Source: Fibrobacterales bacterium
GTDB lineage: Bacteria; Fibrobacterota; Fibrobacteria; Fibrobacterales; JAOPTW01
Assembly (NCBI GenBank): GCA_051532055.1
Contig: JAOPTX010000014.1
Span: forward strand, 1-56,788
Direction of reading: 5' to 3'
DNA length: 56,788 nt
The notes beneath the pieces are model-generated. The model searched no databases, was not told the origin of the DNA, and saw only the letters and a list, made by a program, of their open reading frames with translations. This document shows, piece after piece, positions 1 through 10,718 of this stretch; the stretch's first letter is position 1; each line of letters opens with the position of its first letter. A program made the translations under genes and the position numbers.

Positions 1-760
<760 letters not shown>

Positions 761-821
761 TATCCGACATTGCAGTAGGGGGAACATTGCGGTAACATTC
801 TATCGTAACAACAGCACAAAC

Positions 822-854
822 AAAAAGGCCCGCTCTTGTGAGGAGCGGGCCTTT
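822..854 (-). terminator. Intrinsic terminator ending the nifA operon
   Basis: AAAGGCCCGCTC-7 nt-GAGCGGGCCTTT stem, followed by a T-rich tract on the minus strand. Confidence 0.85.
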
Positions 855-907
855 GTAATAAAGTATACGAGCGTGACATACTAGGAGTTCAGTTGTTTTA
901 GATACCG

Positions 908-1213
908 TTACTTACTCAAAACTATTTCAACCTCTTCTGGATTTTCTTGTGCTGACAAGGTATAGGTACCACACACCTCTATGGTCATTTCACGTGCCAC
1001 TGACTCTATCAGAAGAAGACCTTCATATTTACTCGCAGCCTTTGGTTCACAATCTTCATTAAAATAAATATTGATTGTTTTTTCAGATTCGATATTAAAC
1101 TGAATCAGAAATATGTTTTTTTCAACAAATACCAGATCTTCATAGTTGTACTCAAGGCCAAGCCCTACCGCTTCAACTATCTCTTTTACAATTCCTAATG
1201 GAAACATTTTCAT
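908..1213 (-). CDS. Small acidic hypothetical protein in the nifA operon
   Basis: ORF 908..1243. Start moved to ATG 1213 (MKMFPLG), which has an AGGAGAAGGA SD and removes the overlap with the upstream gene. Confidence 0.75.
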   Translation of the reverse strand: MKMFPLGIVKEIVEAVGLGLEYNYEDLVFVEKNIFLIQFNIESEKTINIYFNEDCEPKAASKYEGLLLIESVAREMTIEVCGTYTLSAQENPEEVEIVLSK

Positions 1214-1232
1214 ATTCCTTCTCCTTTCTGTA

Positions 1233-2147
1233 TTAACTTCCACATGATGACGACACTAACGAACTATCATATTCAAAAAAACTTAATTCAAATTCATCTG
1301 AGTAATTAAATCTACACGCCTCAGTGACTGGCGTTTTAACAATGACACCCTCATCATCAAACCTTAACTCTAAAGGTAAAATATCTATCCCTGTGGGTCC
1401 GCACGCTGAAGGTGCCGCTATTGGACTTAATACAAGCTCTGTACCATTTTTACGAGTTACCGTAATTTTTGCTGAATCCGTTTTTAGACCAATCACATTT
1501 CCACTACTATTAAATTGTAATGAGTGTCTATCTGCCGCCATTCCGTTTGGTTTTGGATCCCATGCTTGAATATAGCCAACTGGAGTTTCAACAACACTGG
1601 GCAACAACGGTTCGCACGAATACATTAATCCATTTTTATAAAATGAAACACCCCCCTGAACCTCCATGGCACCTATGGGGGTTGTAATTGAGGCCTTTTC
1701 ACCAGGCCAAAATTGAATACTTTGTAATTCTCCCGTTTCAAAAAAATGTGCAGAGATAATTTTAGCAGTAACCCCACCAATACTTATTGGTTCTGCGAGT
1801 CCGCATTCGTCCTCCTCTGTCCAATACGCTCCTATCTTACCATTGAGTGGAAAGAATTTTTTCAACGCCCCATTTTTATAAAAGGTAACCAACTCTGCAG
1901 AGTATTCTCCAATGGGTGTTGTTATCACAGTGGTATCCATTAAAGGAATTGACCGCACTGTTCCATCCTCAAACATTCGGACGGGTGTCTGTTTTTTTCT
2001 ACTAAAGTCCTCGGTATAATGTATTGGAACAAGAGTTCCTACAGATGTTTCAATAGGTAAGGCCTCATATACCATAACAGTATCATATACGTCACTGATA
2101 TCTTTTTTTGCCGGATACCCAGTATTTATTTCAAATACACTCTTCAT
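1233..2147 (-). CDS. Hypothetical beta-hairpin repeat protein (TP[IV]G...FYxxG repeats), nif-associated
   Basis: 304 aa, strong GGAGGA SD. Internal repeats TTPIG...VTFYKNG / TTPIG...VSFYKNG / ETPVG resemble MORN-variant repeats. Confidence 0.8.
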   Translation of the reverse strand: MKSVFEINTGYPAKKDISDVYDTVMVYEALPIETSVGTLVPIHYTEDFSRKKQTPVRMFEDGTVRSIPLMDTTVITTPIGEYSAELVTFYKNGALKKFFPLNGKIGAYWTEEDECGLAEPISIGGVTAKIISAHFFETGELQSIQFWPGEKASITTPIGAMEVQGGVSFYKNGLMYSCEPLLPSVVETPVGYIQAWDPKPNGMAADRHSLQFNSSGNVIGLKTDSAKITVTRKNGTELVLSPIAAPSACGPTGIDILPLELRFDDEGVIVKTPVTEACRFNYSDEFELSFFEYDSSLVSSSCGS

Positions 2148-2169
2148 CTCTCATCCTCCTGTAACTCAA

Positions 2170-3744
2170 CTACATACTTTTATAGACATTAGGAGCAATG
2201 GAATATTTTCTGACCCTTGTTCCTATCATTCTCTCAGTTATTCCTAATGCATCTGCTGCTCGGGTCATATTCCCCTTGGACATTTTCAGAGCATCTTCTA
2301 TCAATTCCTGCTCTATTTTTGCAATTGTCTCATCGAGAGTGCCATGTGATTTAATATTTTTCAATCGTGGCGTCTGCAGTGTTGGGGGTAAATGATATGA
2401 ATAGATCACCTCTTTATCACACAGAATAGCCGCACGTTCAATTACGTTCTGTAACTCACGAACATTACCCGGCCAATGGTAACTCATAAGCATATCGATA
2501 GCCGAAGAAGAGATACGTTTAATTCTTTTATCATTCTCATTATTAAATTTTTCAATAAACGTATCAGTGAGCATAGTGATGTCACTTTTACGCTCTTTGA
2601 GTGACGGCACATGAATAGGAAATACATTGAGACGATAAAAGAGGTCTTCTCTAAAGGCTCCACTCTTCATAGCCTCTTCGAGATTGCGATTAGTCGCACA
2701 GACAATACGTACATCTATATCTATCGGTTCTGCATCACCCACTCGCTCAATTTTGCGCTCCTGTATAATCCTGAGTAACTTCACTTGAATTGAAAGTGGT
2801 AGGTCACCAATCTCATCAAGAAAAATAGTCCCTCTATTGGCGAGTTCAAAACGTCCAACTCGTTCATTTACCGCTCCTGTATACGCTCCTTTTACATGAC
2901 CAAACAGCTCAGTCTCAATGAGGTTTTCTGGAAGCGCGGCACAATTGACTTTTATAAAAGGGCCATCAATCCGTTTTGACCCAAAGTGAATTGCATTTGC
3001 CACAAGCTCTTTTCCAACACCGTTCTCTCCACGTATCAGTACCGTTGCATTTGAGACCGCAACCAACTCTATTTGTCTATAGACCTCGCGCATCGCTTTG
3101 GACTTACCATAAATATTTTTAGGCTCATACTGTTTTTGCAAATGACTATTGAGCCTCTCATTCTCTTGCTTTAACTGTTCAAGACGCTCCGACTCTTCTT
3201 GCTTTGCCTGAAGCGCAAAAGATATCATAGACCCTACTGCAGTGAGCAGTCTCACATATTCATTAAAAGGAATGTTTGTCGCGTACCGAGTATCAACACT
3301 CAATGCCCCAAGCACCTCATCATCTTTTTTAATAGGTACACAGATAAAGCCGATGTCCTCTTTGCTATATCCATCACGTGCTCTCGTCTTATCAAGAAAG
3401 GCCGGTTCTTCAGATATACGAGGAACGACTATCGACTCACCCGTTTCTATAGCGCGTCCAATAACACCCTCACCGATTTTGTACCGTCCTCTACGGATTT
3501 CATCTTCAGTGAGACCGCACGCGTCTTCGATAAAAATCTCTTCACATTCACGATTTAGTATAGTAACCGTACCACGGGCAGATTCCATGTGAGTAAGAAG
3601 TATATGTAATATTTTTTCTACATCACGAGACCGATTGAGCTCTTCTGCAATCTCCTCCAACACGAACAGCTCATTCGACTCACACCGTTGTCTATTGGGG
3701 CACTTATTATTTCTTCTCTGCTCTTTTACATTATTCACAATCAT
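2170..3744 (-). CDS. nifA: GAF-AAA+-HTH sigma54-dependent activator, NifA/AnfA-like
   Basis: N-terminal GAF (GEGVIG...FICVPI), Walker A GENGVGKE, ETELFGHVKGAYTGA, Walker B FLDEIG, WPGNVRELQN and a Fis-type HTH. Lies upstream of nifH, which carries a UAS and sigma54 box. Confidence 0.85.
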   Translation of the reverse strand: MIVNNVKEQRRNNKCPNRQRCESNELFVLEEIAEELNRSRDVEKILHILLTHMESARGTVTILNRECEEIFIEDACGLTEDEIRRGRYKIGEGVIGRAIETGESIVVPRISEEPAFLDKTRARDGYSKEDIGFICVPIKKDDEVLGALSVDTRYATNIPFNEYVRLLTAVGSMISFALQAKQEESERLEQLKQENERLNSHLQKQYEPKNIYGKSKAMREVYRQIELVAVSNATVLIRGENGVGKELVANAIHFGSKRIDGPFIKVNCAALPENLIETELFGHVKGAYTGAVNERVGRFELANRGTIFLDEIGDLPLSIQVKLLRIIQERKIERVGDAEPIDIDVRIVCATNRNLEEAMKSGAFREDLFYRLNVFPIHVPSLKERKSDITMLTDTFIEKFNNENDKRIKRISSSAIDMLMSYHWPGNVRELQNVIERAAILCDKEVIYSYHLPPTLQTPRLKNIKSHGTLDETIAKIEQELIEDALKMSKGNMTRAADALGITERMIGTRVRKYSIAPNVYKSM

Positions 3745-3796
3745 TTTCTATTTCCTGAAACATAAAAGACGCGTCTAGCTCCAGCCATACCGAGAG

Positions 3797-3835
3797 TCAG
3801 CTCACTCTCTTCAGCGCTTTACGTATATGTACCAT
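3797..3835 (-). CDS. Possible 12-aa leader peptide (uORF) MVHIRKALKRVS in the nifA leader
   Basis: AAGGA SD 7 nt before the ATG. The TGA stop overlaps the loop of a GAGAGT/ACTCTC hairpin. Confidence 0.25.
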   Translation of the reverse strand: MVHIRKALKRVS

Positions 3836-3858
3836 CAAAGTTTCCTTACTAGTCTACA

Positions 3859-3874
3859 AGCAAGAATCATTCCA
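3859..3874 (-). promoter_or_regulatory. sigma54 -24/-12 promoter of nifA
   Basis: Minus strand TGGAATGATTCTTGCT: GG-N10-GC with TTGCT, 115 bp upstream of the nifA start. Confidence 0.6.
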
Positions 3875-3980
3875 TATTTATTATTTAGGAAAAGGGCTAT
3901 TTTTGGACATTAAAAAGCAACTACACCACGCTACCAGATTACAGAAATGTAAAATAAACTCAATTATCTACATTCTGGTA

Positions 3981-6521
3981 TTATTTAAAATGTATGAGAT
4001 AGTTGCCTTGAGCAAGAAGACCAGCATTAAATGTCATATTTTGACCGGCAACCACACCTTGAGAAAGGTGCTTTACTCCATGAATATTGTAGACTTCACA
4101 AATTGTTGCACCACTCGGTACGGTAACTTGAGCCTGTTCCCCTTGAAACTGTAAGAGTGTCGCCTGAGTATTATCACTACGAAAAAAGTCTGCGAGCTCA
4201 CTCGTATAGCCATCGACACCTATCTCTTGTTGTGGTGGAAGCCATATACGTTCACCTGAATCGTAGTGGACCATATCCCAGATTCCTCTACCAAAAGTTG
4301 CAAAGCGAACGGACCCTATGCCTTCGAGATACTCAACATTCCAATAGACCTGGTCTGGGCCACCCATATTAAACCAGCTATCAAGAGTATCGACATAGAG
4401 ATATGCACCCACCTCTGTTGCGGCATACAGACGATGACCATCATCAGAATACTCAAGATCATGTACTAGTGTTTCTGGTAAGCCATTATTTAATTTCTTA
4501 AATGTTTTCCCACCATCTTTTGAGATATACACCGGCGCATTCGAATACCCACTCCCCCCAATCACCACAATCGAAGCATCTTCAGGATGCGTGGTAATGG
4601 TAGCCCCATAAAAATATTCCGGTTTTGGTCCTGAAAAATCATTGGTGAGATTCCAATCTTCACCACCATTTTCACTCCAAAAGAACCGTCCAGTATTAGT
4701 CAATACATACCGGTGGTCACTCTCTTTTGCGGAGGAACCCATTGCTGAAATATTTTCATCACTTCCCTCACCAAAATTAAAAGGGACACGCTCATAGGTA
4801 AAACTCGGGTTTTCAAAGGTGAGGTGATACAGAAAGGCGCCTTTGCTATGAGATGTTCCCCCACCCACAAAGACCGCCTGTGGATTGTCCGGATCAGCCA
4901 TAAGAGGAGGCATCCAGAGATGATTACTCATATCAGCATTTTCATATTCCCAAATATAGAACCGCTTATCGTTAGGCAGATTAGGGTAGCAAAGTACAAA
5001 GCCCGGATAACTCATCCAAAGGGTTTGCCCACCATTTGAAGAAACGAGATGCCCATAATCTCCAGAGTAATCCTGTTCCAACGAGAGCAAGGGCCGTGTA
5101 TCATTAGAGATGCGCTGCACCCCTTGATCTTGTGAACCGGCAACAATGGTAGACCAATTTTTTCGGTTAGTGTAGGTACCATAATACTGTGAATTACGGA
5201 GTCCATTTAGGGAGATATTAATAACTGTTTTAAATGAATCATATGAAACATAGATTCCACCATCAGTAGAGACCATAAACATCTCTTCACCCGTTGGAGT
5301 AATAACACTCTCGAGAGCAGGTATATCAGCATGCAGCCTATACCGAGTGTTAGAATAATAATCTTCCCAATTATTAAGACGCTTAAAATCCTTTTGAGAA
5401 GTACTATTTTTAAAAAGGCGCACTCCGCCAATGTAAATATCTTCTGGTTGTAACTTTGAAACAAAAAATGAGTTTTGGGTAAATGGCTTGTCATCCTTTA
5501 CAAAACCAACAGAACTCCAACTCTCCCCTCTATCTCTACTACGATAAACTTCGGTATTATCACCCTTAAAGTGTGCCACATAGAGATACTCACCGCGGCC
5601 CGTAAGATATGTTTGATCCATCTCATGCCATCGATATTCATTGGTGACCTTTGCAACTGCTTCAAAAGGCCCATCATCAGGTTGATACATAAGGTCTGTA
5701 CCACGAACAATATAGATTCCGTCATTGTCTGAACTATGAATATCATAGAGAGCCGCTTTTTCTGGGGCGGTATATACCCGTGTAAAGCTTTCACCATCAT
5801 CATCCGAACGATAGAGTGATGCAAGTTCACCCCAATAAAATTCTTCAGCATAGTCCCACTCTTTAACGAGTAGAAATATCACCCCATCATCACGTCGCAA
5901 TGCCTTGCGAGCACTCCCCCATTTCTGAGCATTCTCTAATCCCGGTGATGATTCCCATGTTTTTCCATCATCGTCGCTATACAAAGCGAGGGCTGGTGAG
6001 CCCTGTACTACAAAGAGCCGCTTTTCTTCGTCTTTATAAAACACCCTCAAGTAACGAATATCATTAATACGGTATTCGTTATTCAAACAGGTCCAGCTAC
6101 TTCCGTCTAATCCACCTTTCCAAATGTTTCCGCCGCCTGAGCCAGCGTAAATAGTCTTGTCCACAGGGTCATAGGTAGACATTTTTATTCGTCCTGTTTG
6201 ATTATCACTCCCTCGCTCTATCCAATCACCTTCGAGCTCTTTGGGTAGGCCACTTCTCCCAGTTTTAAATAATATTTTTTTGGTTTCATAAGAAGAACGA
6301 CGCGTATCAATATCATGCTGGTTCCACTCAAAATCAGGAGCCGTTCGATGCATCTGTTTGATCCATTGTTTTCTATCTCGCTTAAACTGTTTCTTTTTTT
6401 CACCCTTAAGTACCCGTTCGGTTGGCGCGGCATAGGTCAGAGGTTGTTCAACAACAAACGTGTTCAATACATATAAGCCTATTCCAAAAGCTAGTAAGAG
6501 AGAGAGTGCTGTTTTTTTCAT
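3981..6521 (-). CDS. Secreted BNR/Asp-box (VPS10/sialidase-like) beta-propeller protein with short C-terminal sorting-like domain
   Basis: Multiple SxDxGxxW/F boxes (SDDDGKTW, SDDDGESF, SRDRGESW, SENGGEDW, SKDGGKTF) and ATFGRGIW. Signal peptide from MKKTALS (6521). Tail VYNIHG...LAQGNYLI. Confidence 0.8.
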   Translation of the reverse strand: MKKTALSLLLAFGIGLYVLNTFVVEQPLTYAAPTERVLKGEKKKQFKRDRKQWIKQMHRTAPDFEWNQHDIDTRRSSYETKKILFKTGRSGLPKELEGDWIERGSDNQTGRIKMSTYDPVDKTIYAGSGGGNIWKGGLDGSSWTCLNNEYRINDIRYLRVFYKDEEKRLFVVQGSPALALYSDDDGKTWESSPGLENAQKWGSARKALRRDDGVIFLLVKEWDYAEEFYWGELASLYRSDDDGESFTRVYTAPEKAALYDIHSSDNDGIYIVRGTDLMYQPDDGPFEAVAKVTNEYRWHEMDQTYLTGRGEYLYVAHFKGDNTEVYRSRDRGESWSSVGFVKDDKPFTQNSFFVSKLQPEDIYIGGVRLFKNSTSQKDFKRLNNWEDYYSNTRYRLHADIPALESVITPTGEEMFMVSTDGGIYVSYDSFKTVINISLNGLRNSQYYGTYTNRKNWSTIVAGSQDQGVQRISNDTRPLLSLEQDYSGDYGHLVSSNGGQTLWMSYPGFVLCYPNLPNDKRFYIWEYENADMSNHLWMPPLMADPDNPQAVFVGGGTSHSKGAFLYHLTFENPSFTYERVPFNFGEGSDENISAMGSSAKESDHRYVLTNTGRFFWSENGGEDWNLTNDFSGPKPEYFYGATITTHPEDASIVVIGGSGYSNAPVYISKDGGKTFKKLNNGLPETLVHDLEYSDDGHRLYAATEVGAYLYVDTLDSWFNMGGPDQVYWNVEYLEGIGSVRFATFGRGIWDMVHYDSGERIWLPPQQEIGVDGYTSELADFFRSDNTQATLLQFQGEQAQVTVPSGATICEVYNIHGVKHLSQGVVAGQNMTFNAGLLAQGNYLIHFK

Positions 6522-6727
6522 GGTCCATCCTAAGGTACTCTGATTCGCCTCCCTATTATCTTGAAAAACAGGTAAAAGGACCATAAAATTCTGGATTTAG
6601 GTTGGCATTCGATAAGTAATCTCAAAGGTGTTCTATTTGATTTGAGGTATTAGGGAAACCTCAGCAACTACACCTCAAAAGGATCAAAAATGGACGACTT
6701 TGTTCCAGCTTGAAACGCATAGCAAAT

Positions 6728-6760
6728 TGAAAGAGGCGCGTAACGACCGCGCCTCTTTCA
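6728..6760 (-). terminator. Hairpin/terminator after the hydrogenase-MCP gene
   Basis: TGAAAGAGGCGCG-7 nt-CGCGCCTCTTTCA perfect 13-bp stem. Confidence 0.75.
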
Positions 6761-6776
6761 GAACAAATATTACCAT

Positions 6777-8711
6777 TTAATCCGAATGTATATTATGTAT
6801 ACGAGTATTGATATTCGTAAAAGATTCTGATAACGTATCCATATATTTATTCAACTCCTCTGAAGACAACGTCTGTTCATTCAATGAATCAGCGATAGTT
6901 GTTTGATATTGTTGGAGTTTGTTCAATACATCGGTAATTTCTTTAAGTGCATCAACAGTACTTTTTACATTTCCTTGCATTTCTTCAACATGCTCTTTAA
7001 TATGTATTGTTGCATCTCCCGTTTCTTTGGAAAGCTGCTTAACCTCCGTAGCAACTACAGCAAACCCTTTACCAGCATCACCTGCAGAAGCGGCTTCAAT
7101 AGTTGCATTCAAAGCCAATAGAGAAAGCATATCTGCAGTATCAGTGATCATCCCCACGATAGTAGATATTTTATCTCCTGATTGTTCGAGCTGTTTAATA
7201 ACTGTTATAGTATTTCCAGCAAGAACAGCACCAGTATCAGACAACTCCTTTGAATCATTCGTACTTTTTGAAATCTCAAATATTGTTGAAGAAAGTTCAT
7301 TCATTGTCGACTTAATAGTCTCTACACTCTGAGTAACATCATTTGAAGAGTCCTTAATAGAAGTGATATCACTTAAATCCATTGACCTCGAATTAATCTC
7401 ATCAATTAAACTATTTGATTCATCTAATATGTGATGATGACAATTCTCTTTTTTATTGAGTCCATTATGTATAGCGGTCGCCATACTTTCACATGCCCCA
7501 TACCCACACGAGTTACAATTATAAATATCCTTTTCAGTAGTTTTACCCATAGTAGCATATATTACTTCTCTCTCTCGTGAATCAGGTACAACAACATTAT
7601 TATTGCTACTCTTATCAATATATTTTCGAGAATATAATCCTGGCTTCCAATGGGCATCAATTATTTTTTTAATTTCTTTCTGCCTTTTTTCATCACCTTT
7701 CTTTCCTTTTTTAAAGTAATGACTTTGCATCTCTTTATTTCGTTTTTCAACGTGATATTCTATTGTATCAGGAGATTCTAATGCGTTCCCCGTACCAGGC
7801 CCTCCATTACATCCTAAATCACAATTAAGACAATCTATGAGAAGGGGTTGATGCCCTTTAGATATAACTCCATTGAGCGTTGCTAAATAGTCATAAATCA
7901 CTTCAGGGCCTTCAATCTTCCGTGCAACACTATCAATATCTTTATTCCATCGTTGTGCTGTACGAAGTAATCCACCAGGTGTGGAAAATAATACACCCCT
8001 CTCTGCGAGCGGACTGGTGTATTCTACTTTAGAAAAATCTGAGCATTTTTTATTGTGCTCGTCCATGTAATCTTTTAACGCTTTCATAGTGACATTATAG
8101 TCACCTAAGGTGTCATTAAACTCGCGCTTTTTTGCGACACACGGAGACACAATTAAAACCTTATGATATTTATATTCAGGGTAATACTCTTTAATCTGTT
8201 TAATTGTGTGGAGCATTGGGCTATCAGCAGGTGCTAGATATTCAATAAGTTCAGGATGGTAAATTTCTATAAACGAAACGAGAGAGGGACACGGCTGAGC
8301 TATAACTGTTTTAGGATTATTTTTTTCTACATGATCTAAATATGATTTAACGGTAAGCTCTGCACCGAAACTAACATCAAAATAACCGTCAACACCAAGT
8401 GATTTTAAATAGCCATTAAATTGCAGATATTCATCAGGAAACACCGCTGCAATTGCCGGCGCAATAACCGCAACAATCTTTTCTCCTTTTTTTACTGCTT
8501 TTAAAAACTCATCAAGGTCATCAATGGGTAAACGCGCCTCTTGACTACAGTGTTTCACACATTGGCCACATCCAAGGCACATATTATCATTTAGTGAAAC
8601 ACTATCCCCTGAACCATCATTACAAAATTTGACCGGACATACTGCTATACAAGTATGACAGTTATTACAATTATCTGAATCTACCGAAACGACCTTTGAA
8701 AGGCTATACAT
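6777..8711 (-). CDS. Putative sensory [FeFe]-hydrogenase (group C-like) fused to a methyl-accepting chemotaxis domain
   Basis: Two ferredoxin motifs (CNNCHTCIAVCP, CLGCGQCVKHC); H-cluster motifs AQPCPS, SPCVAKKRE, DCLNCDLGCNGGPG; extra FeS motif CNSCGYGAC...C; MCP core [24 protein letters not shown]. No TM segment. Confidence 0.85.
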   Translation of the reverse strand: MYSLSKVVSVDSDNCNNCHTCIAVCPVKFCNDGSGDSVSLNDNMCLGCGQCVKHCSQEARLPIDDLDEFLKAVKKGEKIVAVIAPAIAAVFPDEYLQFNGYLKSLGVDGYFDVSFGAELTVKSYLDHVEKNNPKTVIAQPCPSLVSFIEIYHPELIEYLAPADSPMLHTIKQIKEYYPEYKYHKVLIVSPCVAKKREFNDTLGDYNVTMKALKDYMDEHNKKCSDFSKVEYTSPLAERGVLFSTPGGLLRTAQRWNKDIDSVARKIEGPEVIYDYLATLNGVISKGHQPLLIDCLNCDLGCNGGPGTGNALESPDTIEYHVEKRNKEMQSHYFKKGKKGDEKRQKEIKKIIDAHWKPGLYSRKYIDKSSNNNVVVPDSREREVIYATMGKTTEKDIYNCNSCGYGACESMATAIHNGLNKKENCHHHILDESNSLIDEINSRSMDLSDITSIKDSSNDVTQSVETIKSTMNELSSTIFEISKSTNDSKELSDTGAVLAGNTITVIKQLEQSGDKISTIVGMITDTADMLSLLALNATIEAASAGDAGKGFAVVATEVKQLSKETGDATIHIKEHVEEMQGNVKSTVDALKEITDVLNKLQQYQTTIADSLNEQTLSSEELNKYMDTLSESFTNINTRIHNIHSD

Positions 8712-8948
8712 ATATGTACCTCATCTAAAATTATGCTGTGATTTATTGATTACGCTAGTACATTCATTATATGGTTTATTGTTTTTAAAATCAATAGCTA
8801 AGTCTATAATTTGGACCCTGGCTTATTAAATACCGAACACCAATGTTCACCGTTATTGTCAACATTGACTTCCCTATAAATTGATTCATTTGATACAGAA
8901 CCAACTGCAAACCTCAGAAACCATTCTCTGATATTTTAAGTGTTCTCA

Positions 8949-9803
8949 TTAAAATTTTAATAAAATTCCACTATCGAGGCGAATCTCTTTTCGCGTTCCT
9001 GCACAATTTGAATTCTTTCTTTGATCGCACCCTTTCAATACTCTGTTCGGATTTCTACCAGTATTATCGATGTAATCAATAGAAAAGTAGTACGGACTTT
9101 TTTCCAGACGATCCCGGAAGCGTTGTGGGATAATGAGAAAACCAATGACCCAAGCACGATTTACAAGAGCAAAAATAGTTGCTTTTGATGACGGCTCATT
9201 AATCACCCCTGCCATGATAGGGAGGTCCAATAACCCCACCAAAGCAGCGGTACTATATGACCGCACTGGATGAATTGAATATGCAGACCCATAAACAACA
9301 CCAAGACCTGGATTCAGCATTGTTAACGCTACCCCAAGTGCAACGTTTTTTGACCCAAGAGATTCTTTGTATTTTTTTTCTCCCCGGGCCAAATAGGCCT
9401 CCTGATCTACTACATCATTGACCACATAACTAAATAGGTTTCTAAAAGTACCAGAGTTCTTAATATCAGTATCGCCATAAAACCGGTCTCCACTTGTTGT
9501 AAGTACCAAGCTTGAGTCTTTCTCTTCAACGTTGAGAGTGAGCTCTGTGATAGACTCACCAATAAGAGCCCCATAATCCTTTCTAAACACATATTCATTG
9601 GAGTCGGTCCGAATTAGGTCGAATTCTATAAGGTCTGCAGCCTTTATGAGAGAGGAATCAAGCGATGCACGAGGAGTACGAACTTCCATGCGTTGTACCA
9701 CCACCGGCACATTACTGCTGCATGAGATTAAAGCAAAGAGCAAACACCCTATAAACAACGGAACTAAAATATTTTTAAGCTCACTGAACTCGATACAATA
9801 CAT
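8949..9803 (-). CDS. Hypothetical lipoprotein/membrane protein
   Basis: 284 aa, lipobox-like LISC, C-terminal hydrophobic segments; start uncertain. Confidence 0.6.
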   Translation of the reverse strand: MYCIEFSELKNILVPLFIGCLLFALISCSSNVPVVVQRMEVRTPRASLDSSLIKAADLIEFDLIRTDSNEYVFRKDYGALIGESITELTLNVEEKDSSLVLTTSGDRFYGDTDIKNSGTFRNLFSYVVNDVVDQEAYLARGEKKYKESLGSKNVALGVALTMLNPGLGVVYGSAYSIHPVRSYSTAALVGLLDLPIMAGVINEPSSKATIFALVNRAWVIGFLIIPQRFRDRLEKSPYYFSIDYIDNTGRNPNRVLKGCDQRKNSNCAGTRKEIRLDSGILLKF

Positions 9804-10605
9804 TGGTACTATCTCCCTTCCATGGAGCTATTTTTGGTTTTAAATCACTCGATCCACCAAAATGAAAATTGTGACTCACCTCGGCAAACAAACGAATGCT
9901 GTTTTCACTGAGCAATTGGTTGTACCCAATGCTATAGGTCGTTACACTCTGAACCGCACCTTTGTTATACTCTTGTTCTCCATAAGTAATACTGTTGTAG
10001 CTCATCACAACTTCTGCATTCCAATATGCCCCGATCCATTCACCTCCACCAAAGGGAATAAATTGACCACCATCTGTTAACTCTGAGTAGTCAGTTTGCC
10101 GATATGAAGCCCCCTTTATCATTATCTTATCAGAATAGAAGTAGGTCATTGAAAAACCACCCATGACAGTCATATCTTTTTGGGTCGACGTATACATCTC
10201 ATCTTCATCTCTTTCTTCTTTTTCGATTGCAGTCCCTGCACCCACTACTAGAAATGGAGTAATAGATACTGCACGTGGAATATATGCAGATGCAAATAAT
10301 AAAAAATTGCCGTTTGAAGACCTCATGCCCCCACCAAAATTGTTACCTAAATAGGCCAAGCCTAAAAAAGGAGCTACTCGAGTACCAGCAATGTGAATGC
10401 CAGAGCCATCTTCACTCTTTACCGGTGTAGGAGTTGTTGTACGGACCCCAGCATTAAATGCCCATACGCCTGTTTCAGAAGAAGGATCAACAAATAGAGT
10501 AGCGCTATCGGTAGCAGGTGGGGCGTACGAACAAGCTATCAGTATAGAGAGCACGCCTATATAGAGTAATTGAGTCATAACGATAATGGGTAAAGATCTC
10601 ATCAC
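9781..10605 (-). CDS. Hypothetical lipoprotein, possible outer-membrane beta-barrel
   Basis: Lipobox LIAC; alternating hydrophobic/aromatic beta-strand pattern. Confidence 0.6.
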   Translation of the reverse strand: MMRSLPIIVMTQLLYIGVLSILIACSYAPPATDSATLFVDPSSETGVWAFNAGVRTTTPTPVKSEDGSGIHIAGTRVAPFLGLAYLGNNFGGGMRSSNGNFLLFASAYIPRAVSITPFLVVGAGTAIEKEERDEDEMYTSTQKDMTVMGGFSMTYFYSDKIMIKGASYRQTDYSELTDGGQFIPFGGGEWIGAYWNAEVVMSYNSITYGEQEYNKGAVQSVTTYSIGYNQLLSENSIRLFAEVSHNFHFGGSSDLKPKIAPWKGDSTNVLYRVQ

Positions 10606-10718
10606 CCATTAATATAACTATACTACTGCAATTTTGTATTTATAGGTCGATCATTTTTTTGCTATACACTCGTTGTTTATTGCACCTCATAAGTATTAAA
10701 TCACTTATCATGCTTCCT

